Source: a virus
Lineage: Duplodnaviria > Caudoviricetes
Length of the DNA stretch: 64,000 bases
IMG/VR virus record: IMGVR_UViG_2634166353_000002
Coordinates: 817-64,816 of that record
Reading direction: 5' to 3' (one strand)
Shown piece after piece: positions 28,202-37,222 of this stretch; position 1 is the first letter of the stretch, and each line of letters starts with the position of its first letter. Position numbers and translations under genes: made by a program. A model generated the notes under the pieces. It saw only the letters and a list, made by a program, of their open reading frames with translations, did no database searches and was not told the DNA's origin.

Positions 28202-28466
28202 CCAGAACACGGAAGATCCGTGTTCTGGCCAGAACACAGCCCGTGTTCTGGAGCGCCGTGTTCTGCGTTCTGGAATTCTAAAAGCGAAATCAACGGGTTG
28301 CGCCAGAACGCAGAACACAGACCGCTGCATTCCATTTGCTCATCCGCGTTCTGGAATTTCCGATTTAGTTTCAGGCTCTTACGCCAGAACGCAGAACACG
28401 GAATTTTCTACCCTAAGGGGTAGGTGTCCTCCCCGCTCAAGGCGGGGGAGGCCACCACCTACCCCT
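28202..28466. repeat. Cluster of CCAGAAC/GTTCTGG inverted and direct repeats around an IHF box, then a long hairpin; putative replication origin
   Basis: 12-bp IR 28202-28228, 9-bp IR 28229-28251, 16-bp IR 28258-28273/28303-28318 flanking AATCAACGGGTTG (28288-28300), further copy near 28383, hairpin 28416-28466. Confidence 0.75.
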
Positions 28467-28586
28467 GGACGATTTCTTGGGCCGCAGTCTTGCCCTGAGA
28501 ACCATCCGACGACGGCGGCCGGTACCGCCAAGCATCAACCGCCGTCGTCTTCCACCCGAGCAGCCCACCAGAAGAGGAGACCACTC

Positions 28587-29123
28587 ATGGCTGATACGAC
28601 TCTCGCCAGCGCCGCAGCCGGCGCAACCCCCGAAACGCACATCCCGTCCGCGGCCGATCGCACCATCCTCGCCCTTGATCTGGGCACCACCACCGGCTGG
28701 GCCATTCGTGGCTATGATGGCCTGATCACCAGCGGCACTGCCAGCTTCAAGCCTGGCCGCTACGACGGTGGCGGCATGCGCTACCTGCGGTTCACCAACT
28801 GGCTGACGGAACTCGACCAGTTGTCAGGGCCGATCGCCACCATCTGGTTTGAGGAAGTCCGGCGGCACGCAGGGACCGACGCCAGCCACGTCTACGGAGG
28901 GCTCATGGCCACGCTGACCGCGTGGGCGGAACTGCGTGGCGTGCCGTACGAGGGCGTGCCCGTCGGCACCATCAAGCGCCACGCTACCGGCAAGGGCAAC
29001 GCCAACAAGCAGGCGATGATCGACGCGGCGCGCAGCCGCGGGTTCTCGCCCGCTGACGACAACGAGGCCGATGCCATCGCCATCCTGCTCTGGGCCATCG
29101 AAACGCAGGGAGGTGTGGCATGA
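28587..29123 (+). CDS. RuvC-like Holliday junction resolvase
   Basis: ILALDLGTTTGWA, FEEV, KRHATGKGNANK, DDNEADAIAIL. Confidence 0.8.
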   Translation: MADTTLASAAAGATPETHIPSAADRTILALDLGTTTGWAIRGYDGLITSGTASFKPGRYDGGGMRYLRFTNWLTELDQLSGPIATIWFEEVRRHAGTDASHVYGGLMATLTAWAELRGVPYEGVPVGTIKRHATGKGNANKQAMIDAARSRGFSPADDNEADAIAILLWAIETQGGVA

Positions 29124-29329
29124 GCGGCATGCGGTTCGCCCCGAAGGGGTATGGCGGCCACCGCCGCGACCCCGAGCAGGTCAAGCGCGACGGCTGGCAT
29201 GAGCAGCACATGCTGGCGGTCTCGCTCGATGACCATCGGCTCACCTGGCCAGAGCGGGAACTGGTGCGGCAGCTTGGCGAGCGTCTGTACGGCAAGCTCC
29301 CCGCCGTCCGGGAGGTGCGCCATGACTGA
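29120..29329 (+). CDS. Hypothetical phage protein
   Basis: RRDPEQVKRDGW..RLTWPERELVRQLGERLYG; overlaps both neighbours. Confidence 0.7.
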   Translation: MSGMRFAPKGYGGHRRDPEQVKRDGWHEQHMLAVSLDDHRLTWPERELVRQLGERLYGKLPAVREVRHD

Positions 29330-29768
29330 CTGGACCACAGGGCGCGTACAGGACCGGCTGGAGCTCGCGGCGGACGTGTTTGCACAATTGCCCGCGGTGA
29401 AGCCCACCGGGTATTTCAACGCCTGGCCCGAGTATCTCCACAGCTTCGCCGATCACGTGGGCCAGGAGCCCGAGATGAAACGTCCGCGACCCAGCGCGCG
29501 CATGATCACGCAGGCCGAAGAGGCCATGCTCTGGCTGCGTTGGCTGGAGAAGGGCGACGCCCGGATCGTCTGGCTGCGCGCCAACCGCAAGCCCTGGAAG
29601 AAGATCACCTGGGAGATCGGGTTGAGCCGCCCGGCGGCCAATCGCCACTGGCAATACGGCGTCGCGTTGATCACCTGGCGGCTCAATGGGCGCGTGCCGT
29701 CGTCGAAGCGATCGCGGCGCTTCGTGGTCGAGAACGCCGACCGGCTGTCAAGGAAAATCATCCTGTGA
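29322..29768 (+). CDS. DUF6362-like protein, candidate late transcription regulator
   Basis: WTTGRVQDRLELAADV, C-terminal HTH-like segment; last gene before the packaging region. Confidence 0.7.
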   Translation: MTDWTTGRVQDRLELAADVFAQLPAVKPTGYFNAWPEYLHSFADHVGQEPEMKRPRPSARMITQAEEAMLWLRWLEKGDARIVWLRANRKPWKKITWEIGLSRPAANRHWQYGVALITWRLNGRVPSSKRSRRFVVENADRLSRKIIL

Positions 29769-30039
29769 GGGAATTTTCGGAGAGACATCCGAGAGGGTTT
29801 CACGGATCGGCTTTGAGGCCTACAAACAGGGTATGATCGCACGAGACGTGACCGGCGGGATGATGGCTTGCACCGCTGGATTCCGGGATCCAGCCGCACG
29901 CCAGTTCGGCGGGCAGACGAGGTTGAAAGGCGAGACAGCTCGAAACAGAGCAAACACCCACCGCTTGACCGGAAAAACTGTCTCCGCCCAGCCGCAAATC
30001 TTGGGTTGTACGGTTCCTTTTCGGGCCGAAACGTATGCT

Positions 30040-30219
30040 GGGGGGCGAGGCGCGCAATTTCGCTAGCGTCAGAGCGGTTTTTTTGGGAGTCCACCCCGGT
30101 CGGGGTCCACCCCTGAAACCAGAAATAACCACGCAATAACAGACGCTTGGAAGGTGGACTCCGGGTGGATACCTGAGCCGTGGGAGTCCACTGGATTCCG
30201 CGCCGGTGGAGTCCACCCC
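30040..30219. other. Candidate cos/packaging initiation region
   Basis: GGGGGGCGAGGCGCG (cohesive-end-like) followed by about six GTCCAC/GTGGA(C/T) repeats in both orientations. Confidence 0.45.
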
Positions 30220-30377
30220 GGCGCTTGCTGCCGACCGCGGTGATGCCCGTCGCGTCCGACGCCGCCGAACTGCACTCATCGACAACCAGGAGAGCAACCC
30301 CATGTTATCTGCCGTCACTCGCAACCCTCCGGCACATCTGGTAGCCGGGCCGGCAGGGATTGCCAGAGAGATCGTGC

Positions 30378-31259
30378 ATGCGCGTGGAGCCACAGACCGA
30401 GCCCAATCAGATTTCCCGCGGGATCCTCACGATCTGCGCGGGCGTGGCGTTTCTGGTGGCGAACGACGCCATCGTCAAGGTGCTCACGGACCGCTACGAC
30501 CCGGTGCAGATCATCTTCCTGCGCAACCTGATCGCGGTGCCGATGATCGCCGCGGCAGTGCTGATCCTGCGGGGACCGCATGCCCTGCGTACGCGGCACC
30601 TTGGGCTGCACGCGGCACGTGGGCTGCTGATGCTGCTCGGCGCCTATCTCTATTTCATCAGTCTGAGCTTCATGCCGCTGGCCGAGGCGACGACGCTGAT
30701 CTTCTCGGCCCCGATTTTCATCACAGCGCTTTCGGTGCCGCTGCTGGGCGAGGCGGTGGGCTGGCGGCGCTGGGGGGCTGTCCTGCTGGGCTTCGTCGGC
30801 GTGCTGATCGTGGTGCAGCCGGGCGCGGCCGGGTTCCAGGCGGCGTCGCTGCTGCCGGTGGGGGCGGCGCTCCTCTATGCGCTGTTCATGATTTCCGCTC
30901 GATGGATCAGTCCGGGCGAGGGTCTCTGGACGATGATGCTGTTCGTCGCGCTGTTCCCGATGATCTACGCCGCGCCCTTCGCGCTGTGGGCCTGGTCGCC
31001 GATACAGGCCGGCGACCTGTGGCTGTTCGTCGCCATCGCGATTCTGGGGAGCCTCGGGATAACGCTGATCGGACAGGCGTTCCGACTGGCGCCAGCCGCG
31101 GTGGTCGCACCTTTCGACTATACGGCGCTGATCTGGGCCACGCTACTGGGTTGGCTGATCTGGGGCGACCTGCTGGCCTTCTGGACCATCGTGGGAGCCC
31201 TGATCATCGTTATGAGCGGCATCATCATCGTCCTGCGGGAGGCCGCTTCGCCACGGTGA
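30378..31259 (+). CDS. DMT/EamA family transporter (moron)
   Basis: About ten hydrophobic helices, FLRNL, LLGEAVGWRRW, APFDYTALIWA. Confidence 0.92.
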   Translation: MRVEPQTEPNQISRGILTICAGVAFLVANDAIVKVLTDRYDPVQIIFLRNLIAVPMIAAAVLILRGPHALRTRHLGLHAARGLLMLLGAYLYFISLSFMPLAEATTLIFSAPIFITALSVPLLGEAVGWRRWGAVLLGFVGVLIVVQPGAAGFQAASLLPVGAALLYALFMISARWISPGEGLWTMMLFVALFPMIYAAPFALWAWSPIQAGDLWLFVAIAILGSLGITLIGQAFRLAPAAVVAPFDYTALIWATLLGWLIWGDLLAFWTIVGALIIVMSGIIIVLREAASPR

Positions 31260-31290
31260 GCGGCTGCGTGCAAGGCGGAGGGCTGGGGCA

Positions 31291-32610
31291 ATGACCCTCG
31301 CTTTCGCCCCCGAGCGGATCAAGCAGTGGCCCCTTGCCGAGCTCCAGCCATATGCCAAGAACGCCAAGCAGCACGGCGCGGATCAGGTTGCCAAGCTTGC
31401 CGCCAGCATGGCCGAATTCGGCTGGACCGTGCCCTGCCTCGTCGCCGAGGACGGCGAACTGATCGCGGGCCACGGCCGCGTGCTGGCCGCGACGCAGCTG
31501 GGGCTGACCGAAGCGCCGGTCATCGTGCTGGGCCACCTGACCGAGGCGCAGCGGCGGGCGTATCGGATCGCAGACAATAAACTCACCGAACTTGGTACCT
31601 GGGACGAGGCGCTGCTGTCTGCGGAACTCAACGAGTTGCTGGCCGAGGATTTCGACCTGTCGCTCGTGGGGTTTTCCGACGGTGAACTGGACAAGCTGCT
31701 GGCCTATGTCGCGGACAGCGACGAGGAGGCGGGCGGCGACGGTGGCTCCGCGCCGCCGGTGGTCATCCCCGAACCGCCGCGCAATCCGGCGTCGCGCACC
31801 GGCGATCTGTGGATTCTCGGCGATCACCGGCTGCTCTGCGGCGACAGCACATCCCACGAGGATGTCCGCCGCCTGATGAATGGCGAGCGCGCGGTGCTGT
31901 TCGCGACCGACCCGCCCTATCTGGTGGATTACGACGGCTCGAACCATCCGACGCGCAATAAGGACTGGTCGCAAAGCTACGGCAATACCTGGGACGACAG
32001 TTCGCAGGGCGCGGAGCTCTACGACGGGTTCATTTCCGCGGCTGTGGCCGAGGCGATCACCGAGGATGCCGCGTGGTATTGCTGGCACGCCTCGCGCCGC
32101 CAGGCGATGCTGGAGGCCTGCTGGGAAAAGGCCGGGGCCTTCGTGCATCAGCAGATCATCTGGGTGAAGGACCGCGGCGTCCTGACCCGGTCGCATTACC
32201 TCTGGAAACACGAGCCCTGCTTCATGGGCTGGCGCAGGCCGAACCGCCCGCCGAAGGTGGCCGAGCAGACGCTGCCCTCGACCTGGGAGATGCCCAGCTT
32301 CACAAAGGACGAGCGCCCGGACCACCCGACGCCGAAACCGCTCGACGCGTTCGGCATCCCGATGCGCCAGCACGTGGCGCGCGGCGGTGTTTGCTACGAG
32401 CCGTTCGCTGGTTCCGGCTCGCAGATCATGGCGGGCGAGGCCAATGGCCGCCGCGTCTTTGCGATGGAGATCAGCCCGGCTTATGTCGATGTCGCCGTGG
32501 AGCGCTGGCACGCGGAGACGGGCGGGGACGCAATCCTCGACGGCGATGGCCGGACCTTCGCGCAGGTGAGAGCCGAGCGGCTGGGCAACGACGCCGAAGC
32601 CGCTGCGTGA
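31291..32610 (+). CDS. ParB-like domain fused to N6/N4 DNA methyltransferase
   Basis: LIAGHGRVLAA, AYRIADNKL, TDPPY, HPTPKP, EPFAGSGS. Confidence 0.92.
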   Translation: MTLAFAPERIKQWPLAELQPYAKNAKQHGADQVAKLAASMAEFGWTVPCLVAEDGELIAGHGRVLAATQLGLTEAPVIVLGHLTEAQRRAYRIADNKLTELGTWDEALLSAELNELLAEDFDLSLVGFSDGELDKLLAYVADSDEEAGGDGGSAPPVVIPEPPRNPASRTGDLWILGDHRLLCGDSTSHEDVRRLMNGERAVLFATDPPYLVDYDGSNHPTRNKDWSQSYGNTWDDSSQGAELYDGFISAAVAEAITEDAAWYCWHASRRQAMLEACWEKAGAFVHQQIIWVKDRGVLTRSHYLWKHEPCFMGWRRPNRPPKVAEQTLPSTWEMPSFTKDERPDHPTPKPLDAFGIPMRQHVARGGVCYEPFAGSGSQIMAGEANGRRVFAMEISPAYVDVAVERWHAETGGDAILDGDGRTFAQVRAERLGNDAEAAA

Positions 32611-32750
32611 TGGCGGACTACTACAACGATGCCGATCCCGCGGCCTGCGCATGGCTGCGGGAACTGATCGCGGTCGGGCTCTTGCCTGCTGGCGACGTGG
32701 ACGAGCGCTCCACTCTCGAGGTGGAGCCCGACGATGCAGGAACAACTTGA
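32610..32750 (+). pseudogene. 5' fragment of a phage C5 cytosine methyltransferase
   Basis: YYNDADPAACAWLRELIAVGLLPAGDVDERS resembles the N-terminus of phage C5 methylases; stops after 46 codons at the edge of the AT-rich cassette. Confidence 0.7.
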
Positions 32751-32790
32751 GGTGTCGCATCGCCAGGCTAGGCGAGCCGAAGGTCTGGAA

Positions 32791-33003
32791 TTACTTTCGC
32801 TTCCCTACCACTGCACCAATCGACACGCCGATAAGCCCAAAGGCTATTACGATCACGAAGTCCAATATCCACGCAACGAAAAGAGCAGGAATCCAGCCGA
32901 GCCCCAACCCGAGGAAAAAGCCGAACTGCCCCATGGCGTAAATCCAGCCGATAAAGAAAATGATGACGCCGATGATGGTCAATTTAGTGCCCTTCCTGCC
33001 CAT
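32791..33003 (-). CDS. Small membrane protein (two hydrophobic segments)
   Basis: Hydrophobic core with basic termini; last gene of a 3-gene cassette. Confidence 0.7.
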   Translation of the reverse strand: MGRKGTKLTIIGVIIFFIGWIYAMGQFGFFLGLGLGWIPALFVAWILDFVIVIAFGLIGVSIGAVVGKRK

Positions 33004-33397
33004 TTACTCTGTGAGCGATTAGTTTTCGGAAGGCTTGCAGATAAGCCTTGAGAATGTCTTGAAGCGAGGCCTCTGTAACGCCATGAGAGATGTTGACGTC
33101 AAATCGCAACGCATAGCCATCGTTTAAAGTCAGTAATGGACCTATTGTCTCATGCGCATTCCAGTGTCCGGCAGCTGTTGCAAATCCTGCATAAGGGTAA
33201 CCAACCTCCCCATACAGGGTCAGTGTTTCACCGGCATGATCGAGGAAGATATTGAACGCATAGGCGCCATCCTCGATTTCGACCTTTATGGCTTTGGTCA
33301 ATCCCTTAAAGTTTTCTGTAGATGCTTTGGGGTAAATGCCGCGAACGACAAATAGGATTTCATTTAGATTGGATGAGATAATCGTTGTTTCGCCCAT
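32984..33397 (-). CDS. YbjN-like (type III chaperone fold) protein
   Basis: AAGHWNAHE..LRFDVNISHGVTEASLQDILKAY pattern. Confidence 0.6.
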   Translation of the reverse strand: MGETTIISSNLNEILFVVRGIYPKASTENFKGLTKAIKVEIEDGAYAFNIFLDHAGETLTLYGEVGYPYAGFATAAGHWNAHETIGPLLTLNDGYALRFDVNISHGVTEASLQDILKAYLQAFRKLIAHRVNGQEGH

Positions 33398-33924
33398 TAC
33401 ATCCTCACCACGTCAGATTCTGACAGGCTCATTTCGGTCAGGAATTTTGGCAGGAAAGCGACCCAAATTTCTGCGAGACGATGAAGCGTCTTCGCAGGAA
33501 GCCCGCCGGAAATGAAGCAGTGATGCTTCAGAATGGCCATATTGCCTTCGGGAGAATATGTGAATGTCATGTAGGATTTCTTGGTGTTCCACTTCAGGAT
33601 GTCCATGTCGGTCCATCCGTCACCAAGCTTGACGGCGGACAGGAAAGTCAGAACACGCCCATCTGATGTGAGTATGAAGGCAGAGGTTCCACGACGAACC
33701 CTGTAGCGCTGCATGGGCGTGTCACCCATCATTCGCTCTTCCATGGGCTCCACTGCAAAGCCTTGGGCACGCAAGAAACTTGCGGCGTCATCGAGGGAAA
33801 ATACAATTGAAGGCTTTTGTCGAAAAAACTTCGATAAGACCATGAGAAACACAAAACTCCTTATGTTGCCGAGTCGCTCTTTCGTCGGACGCGCGAAGCT
33901 CGAACTTTCCAAGACAGTGCGCAC
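33397..33924 (-). CDS. YbjN-like protein
   Basis: DILKWNTKKSY..AILKHHCFISGGLPAKTLHRLAEIW pattern; start may be 33843. Confidence 0.6.
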   Translation of the reverse strand: MRTVLESSSFARPTKERLGNIRSFVFLMVLSKFFRQKPSIVFSLDDAASFLRAQGFAVEPMEERMMGDTPMQRYRVRRGTSAFILTSDGRVLTFLSAVKLGDGWTDMDILKWNTKKSYMTFTYSPEGNMAILKHHCFISGGLPAKTLHRLAEIWVAFLPKFLTEMSLSESDVVRM

Positions 33925-33968
33925 AATCCTGCGACGCCCACAAGCCTTTGCAGTCGTTGAGTAAAGGC

Positions 33969-34187
33969 ATGAAGCAGTCCCGCCTCATGTCGCTGGCCGA
34001 ATCCGTCGCCAACGTGGTCGTCGGCTACGGCGTTGCCGTCGTCACGCAGATCCTGATCTTCCCGGTCTTCGGGCTGCACACGACGCTGGCGCAGAACCTG
34101 AAGATGGGCGCCATCTTCACCGTCGTGTCGATCGCGCGTTCCTTCGCCCTGCGGCGGCTGTTCGAGGCGATCCGGGTGAGAAATTAG
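33969..34187 (+). CDS. Small phage membrane protein that typically follows the methylase genes
   Basis: MKQSRLMSLAESVANVVVGY..SFALRRLFE. Confidence 0.8.
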   Translation: MKQSRLMSLAESVANVVVGYGVAVVTQILIFPVFGLHTTLAQNLKMGAIFTVVSIARSFALRRLFEAIRVRN

Positions 34188-35029
34188 GGATCTACAACCT
34201 GCGACGTCGGCACACCGCGCCGGATTGCTGCCTGCTGGAGTCGAGGCCACGTCGCGTCTGAGATCGGCGTAACGATGTAGCCGTGATCAACGTCGCCCAG
34301 CAATGCCGAATGGGCAGCGGGGCCCGCTCGCCAGTAGACACCAATCAGCGCGCAGAGGGCAGCATCAAGCTTGTCCTGATCGGACTTCCGAGGTTGAGCG
34401 GCGTTGCGCATCAGATGGGCCCATTCGGCAAGGCCCAGCACATTGAAACGCTCGGCTGAACGCTCGACCACGCGGGCCACCGCCTGCCAATCTTCCAAGC
34501 GGAATTTCTTCCGGTTCTGCGGATTGTACTTCGGAGCACGGAGCCGCTGAGCAAAGCCGTCGTCGAGCGCGGGAAGAGCCAGCGCGGGGAATACTTCGAT
34601 AAGGAAGTGGCCAGCAGACGCAGTCCGCGCCTGAATAGGATCCTCTGTCGCGTCGAGACCGGAAATGAAAGACCAAATCGGCGAGTCGTCGCAGAACATG
34701 CCGATCTTGCTGCGGTTGGCTGGCTGAACGCCACCGCCGACAAAAGAAACGAGGGACGCAGCGACTTTGTCCACCGGGCGGCTGCCCGCGGCATTGGGCA
34801 CGACCGTGGGCTGATCAAGTGCAACGAGGCTGACGGCGAAAGCCTTGCGGAGCTCGTCGATAAAAATGAGAGCCTGCGCGAACGAGACCAGCCGCGGTTC
34901 GTGGAACTGGACTTGGCCGTGGTCATCAAACGCCACGGCACAGATCGCGCCCGGCGCCTTCGGGGCATCGGTCCACGCCGAGTCGAAACCGAAAATGACC
35001 GTGCTGCTTTGCGGGTTCACGAATTCCAT
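34184..35029 (-). CDS. DUF429 family predicted RNase H-fold nuclease (moron)
   Basis: GFDSAWT, VALDQP, IEVFPALA, DKLDAALCA acidic motifs. Confidence 0.8.
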   Translation of the reverse strand: MEFVNPQSSTVIFGFDSAWTDAPKAPGAICAVAFDDHGQVQFHEPRLVSFAQALIFIDELRKAFAVSLVALDQPTVVPNAAGSRPVDKVAASLVSFVGGGVQPANRSKIGMFCDDSPIWSFISGLDATEDPIQARTASAGHFLIEVFPALALPALDDGFAQRLRAPKYNPQNRKKFRLEDWQAVARVVERSAERFNVLGLAEWAHLMRNAAQPRKSDQDKLDAALCALIGVYWRAGPAAHSALLGDVDHGYIVTPISDATWPRLQQAAIRRGVPTSQVVDP

Positions 35030-35079
35030 GTGGTCCTCCGCAAAGCAGCATAGTCAAAGGATGCAAGAAATGCAGTCGC

Positions 35080-35607
35080 TTACTTGTTTAGCTTGTACAC
35101 CCTTCCGCGGCCCTCGACCTTCTCGGAGGTAACTTCGAGGCTGAGCTTCTTCTTCAGCGCTCCGGACATGGCGCCTCTGACGGTGTGCGGCTGCCATCTC
35201 GTTTCGGCGACAATCTCGTCGATGGTCGCGCCGCCCTCGGCGCGGAGCATCTCGATCAGCGCGTCCTGCTTGGTCCCGCTGCGGCGGCGCACGGGCTGCG
35301 GTGTGGCCTCGGGCTCCGGCTGGTCGTCGTCCTGCGCGTCGGGCGCGTCCGATATCCCGAGGGTTTTGTAGGCCAGCGGGGTGGCGCACAGGGTGATCGG
35401 TCCGCGCTCTTCATCGTGCCGCCAGACGGTGTTCAGATCGGTCGCTTCAATCTCTTCGACCAACCCATGCTTCAGGAGGCTCTTGCAGACATTGCCGACG
35501 GCGCCGCCCTTGAGGCTGGTGGTGACGGGAAACACGGCTCCATCGTCGCGCGCGCAGGCGGCGGACAGGATGACGGATTGGGCGTCGGATAGCTGGATCT
35601 GGGTCAT
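35080..35607 (-). CDS. DUF3489 family protein
   Basis: GTKQDALIEML..GATIDEIVAETRWQPHTVRGAMSG. Confidence 0.85.
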   Translation of the reverse strand: MTQIQLSDAQSVILSAACARDDGAVFPVTTSLKGGAVGNVCKSLLKHGLVEEIEATDLNTVWRHDEERGPITLCATPLAYKTLGISDAPDAQDDDQPEPEATPQPVRRRSGTKQDALIEMLRAEGGATIDEIVAETRWQPHTVRGAMSGALKKKLSLEVTSEKVEGRGRVYKLNK

Positions 35608-35703
35608 GGATGGGCTCCGGTTTGCGAGCAACGCGGGATGCGATGCCTTCTACCGAGACAAGCCGGCCACATGGGCGGGCTGGCCGTTGAGGGATGGCGC
35701 GGT

Positions 35704-36105
35704 TCAGTCAGCGGCTTCCATGCTGGCCATCACCGCGAAGTGCTGAACCCAGCCAGTGAGGTACGGCAGTCCCTCGGGAATGCCGTCCTCGCGCTCGGTC
35801 CGGCGGCTGATGCGCCAGTCCTGCCATGTGCGGATGGCGGATTTGAGGGCGGTCTCGCTGTCGATGCCGCAGTCCGTCATGTTGCCGATGACGTCGTCGG
35901 AGAAGTAACGGCCCATGCGGCTGTCGAGAAAGTCGCGGATGCCGATCATCTCGTCCTCGCTGTCGGCGCCGATGGTGGCGGCGATCTGGGTCGAGGCCAG
36001 TGTCCAGACCTCGGCGCTGCGGCGATCGCGCAGTGGGCAGCTGGTCAGGGTGCCGAAGAAGCCGTGGTCTTCGTTGCGGCTGGGCAGGATGGGATGCGTG
36101 GTCAT
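35704..36105 (-). CDS. Hypothetical phage protein
   Basis: NEDHGFFGT..IRDFLDSRMGRYF..GLPYLTGWV. Confidence 0.7.
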   Translation of the reverse strand: MTTHPILPSRNEDHGFFGTLTSCPLRDRRSAEVWTLASTQIAATIGADSEDEMIGIRDFLDSRMGRYFSDDVIGNMTDCGIDSETALKSAIRTWQDWRISRRTEREDGIPEGLPYLTGWVQHFAVMASMEAAD

Positions 36106-36159
36106 GGCGTGGCTCCTTTCGCGTGTGGTGGCGAGGCCCGCGGGCCCCGCGCGTGTGGC

Positions 36160-36507
36160 TCAGGCGGCGCTGGCGGCTTCCAGCGTGGCGATGTGGTGGC
36201 GCAGGGTCGCGGCTTCCTCGCGGGCGGCGTCGGCCCAGAAAGCGGCGCGGGCGCTGCAAGCTTCAGCGAGACGCTCGGCGTCATGCTGCGTGAAGCGGTT
36301 GACCTTGTGCGCGCGGCCATGGCCCGTGCAGGTGGCGCAGTGCTTGTCGCCCTCGGGTGTGAGGATGAAGGTCATCGGGGCAAAGTCGTCGATCACGATC
36401 CAGTTGTGCGCGGCGATGGTCGTGCAGCCGCTGGGGGCGAGGAGGCTTTCGATCTCGTCGGCGGTGGCGCGGAAGTCGGCGATCAGGTTTGCGGCGGGGT
36501 TGGTCAT
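36160..36507 (-). CDS. Hypothetical protein
   Basis: Same strand and operon position as 35704-36105. Confidence 0.55.
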   Translation of the reverse strand: MTNPAANLIADFRATADEIESLLAPSGCTTIAAHNWIVIDDFAPMTFILTPEGDKHCATCTGHGRAHKVNRFTQHDAERLAEACSARAAFWADAAREEAATLRHHIATLEAASAA

Positions 36508-36619
36508 GGTGTGGCTCCGTGTGGTGAGTTGCATCGTCCTTGTGGATCGAGGTTCGCTCCGGCGCGGAAGCTTATCAACTCAATAAGCACATGATTTGGA
36601 ATGATAATCGGAGCGCGGG

Positions 36620-37222
36620 ATGGACGGGCTGAGCGAACGCCAGTATGCCGCGCGCGTCGGCCTGTCGCGCGGAGCGATCCAGAAGGCCAAGGATGCCGGG
36701 CGGCTGGTGCTGCACGCTGATGGCAGCATCGACGCGGAGGCGTCCGACAAACGTCGTGCTGAAACGACCGATCCGTCGAAATCCCGCGCCGCGCCCAAGG
36801 CGCCCGCGGCGCCCAAAGCAAAGCTGAAGCCGGTCCCCGAGGCCGCCGTCAGCGCCGTGAGCGATACACTGCGCGAACAGGGCATGCCGGCGCCCGCGCC
36901 CAGTGGCGGCATGACCTACCTGCAGGCCAAGACCGCCAACGAGACGATGAAGGCGCAGGAGCGCCGCATCCGGTTGCAAAAGCTGAAAGGCGAGCTGGTC
37001 GACAAGGCGCGCGCGGAAACGCTGATCTTCCGGCTGGCGCGCGAGGAACGCGATGCCTGGGTGACCTGGCCCGCGCGCGTGGCAGCCCTCATGGCCTCGG
37101 AACTGGCAGCCGCCCTGGGAGAGGGGATCACGGTGGAGGCGGCGGTGATGCAGAAGGTTCTGGAAGCCCATGTCCGCGCCCAACTCGACAGCCTCGCCGA
37201 TATCCGCAGCGGCCTTGGATGA
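36620..37222 (+). CDS. Terminase small subunit-like protein
   Basis: LSERQYAARVGLSRGAIQKA HTH, helical C-terminus, directly upstream of GpA. Confidence 0.8.
   Translation: MDGLSERQYAARVGLSRGAIQKAKDAGRLVLHADGSIDAEASDKRRAETTDPSKSRAAPKAPAAPKAKLKPVPEAAVSAVSDTLREQGMPAPAPSGGMTYLQAKTANETMKAQERRIRLQKLKGELVDKARAETLIFRLAREERDAWVTWPARVAALMASELAAALGEGITVEAAVMQKVLEAHVRAQLDSLADIRSGLG

Noticed and set aside
28202-28401. Repeat cluster as a CRISPR array
   Set aside because: Units are short, mixed in orientation and irregularly spaced, with no unique spacers and no cas operon
28173-28586. N-terminal extension of the RuvC-like ORF through the repeat region
   Set aside because: The translation is low-complexity and repeat-derived; an RBS (GAGGAG) precedes ATG 28587
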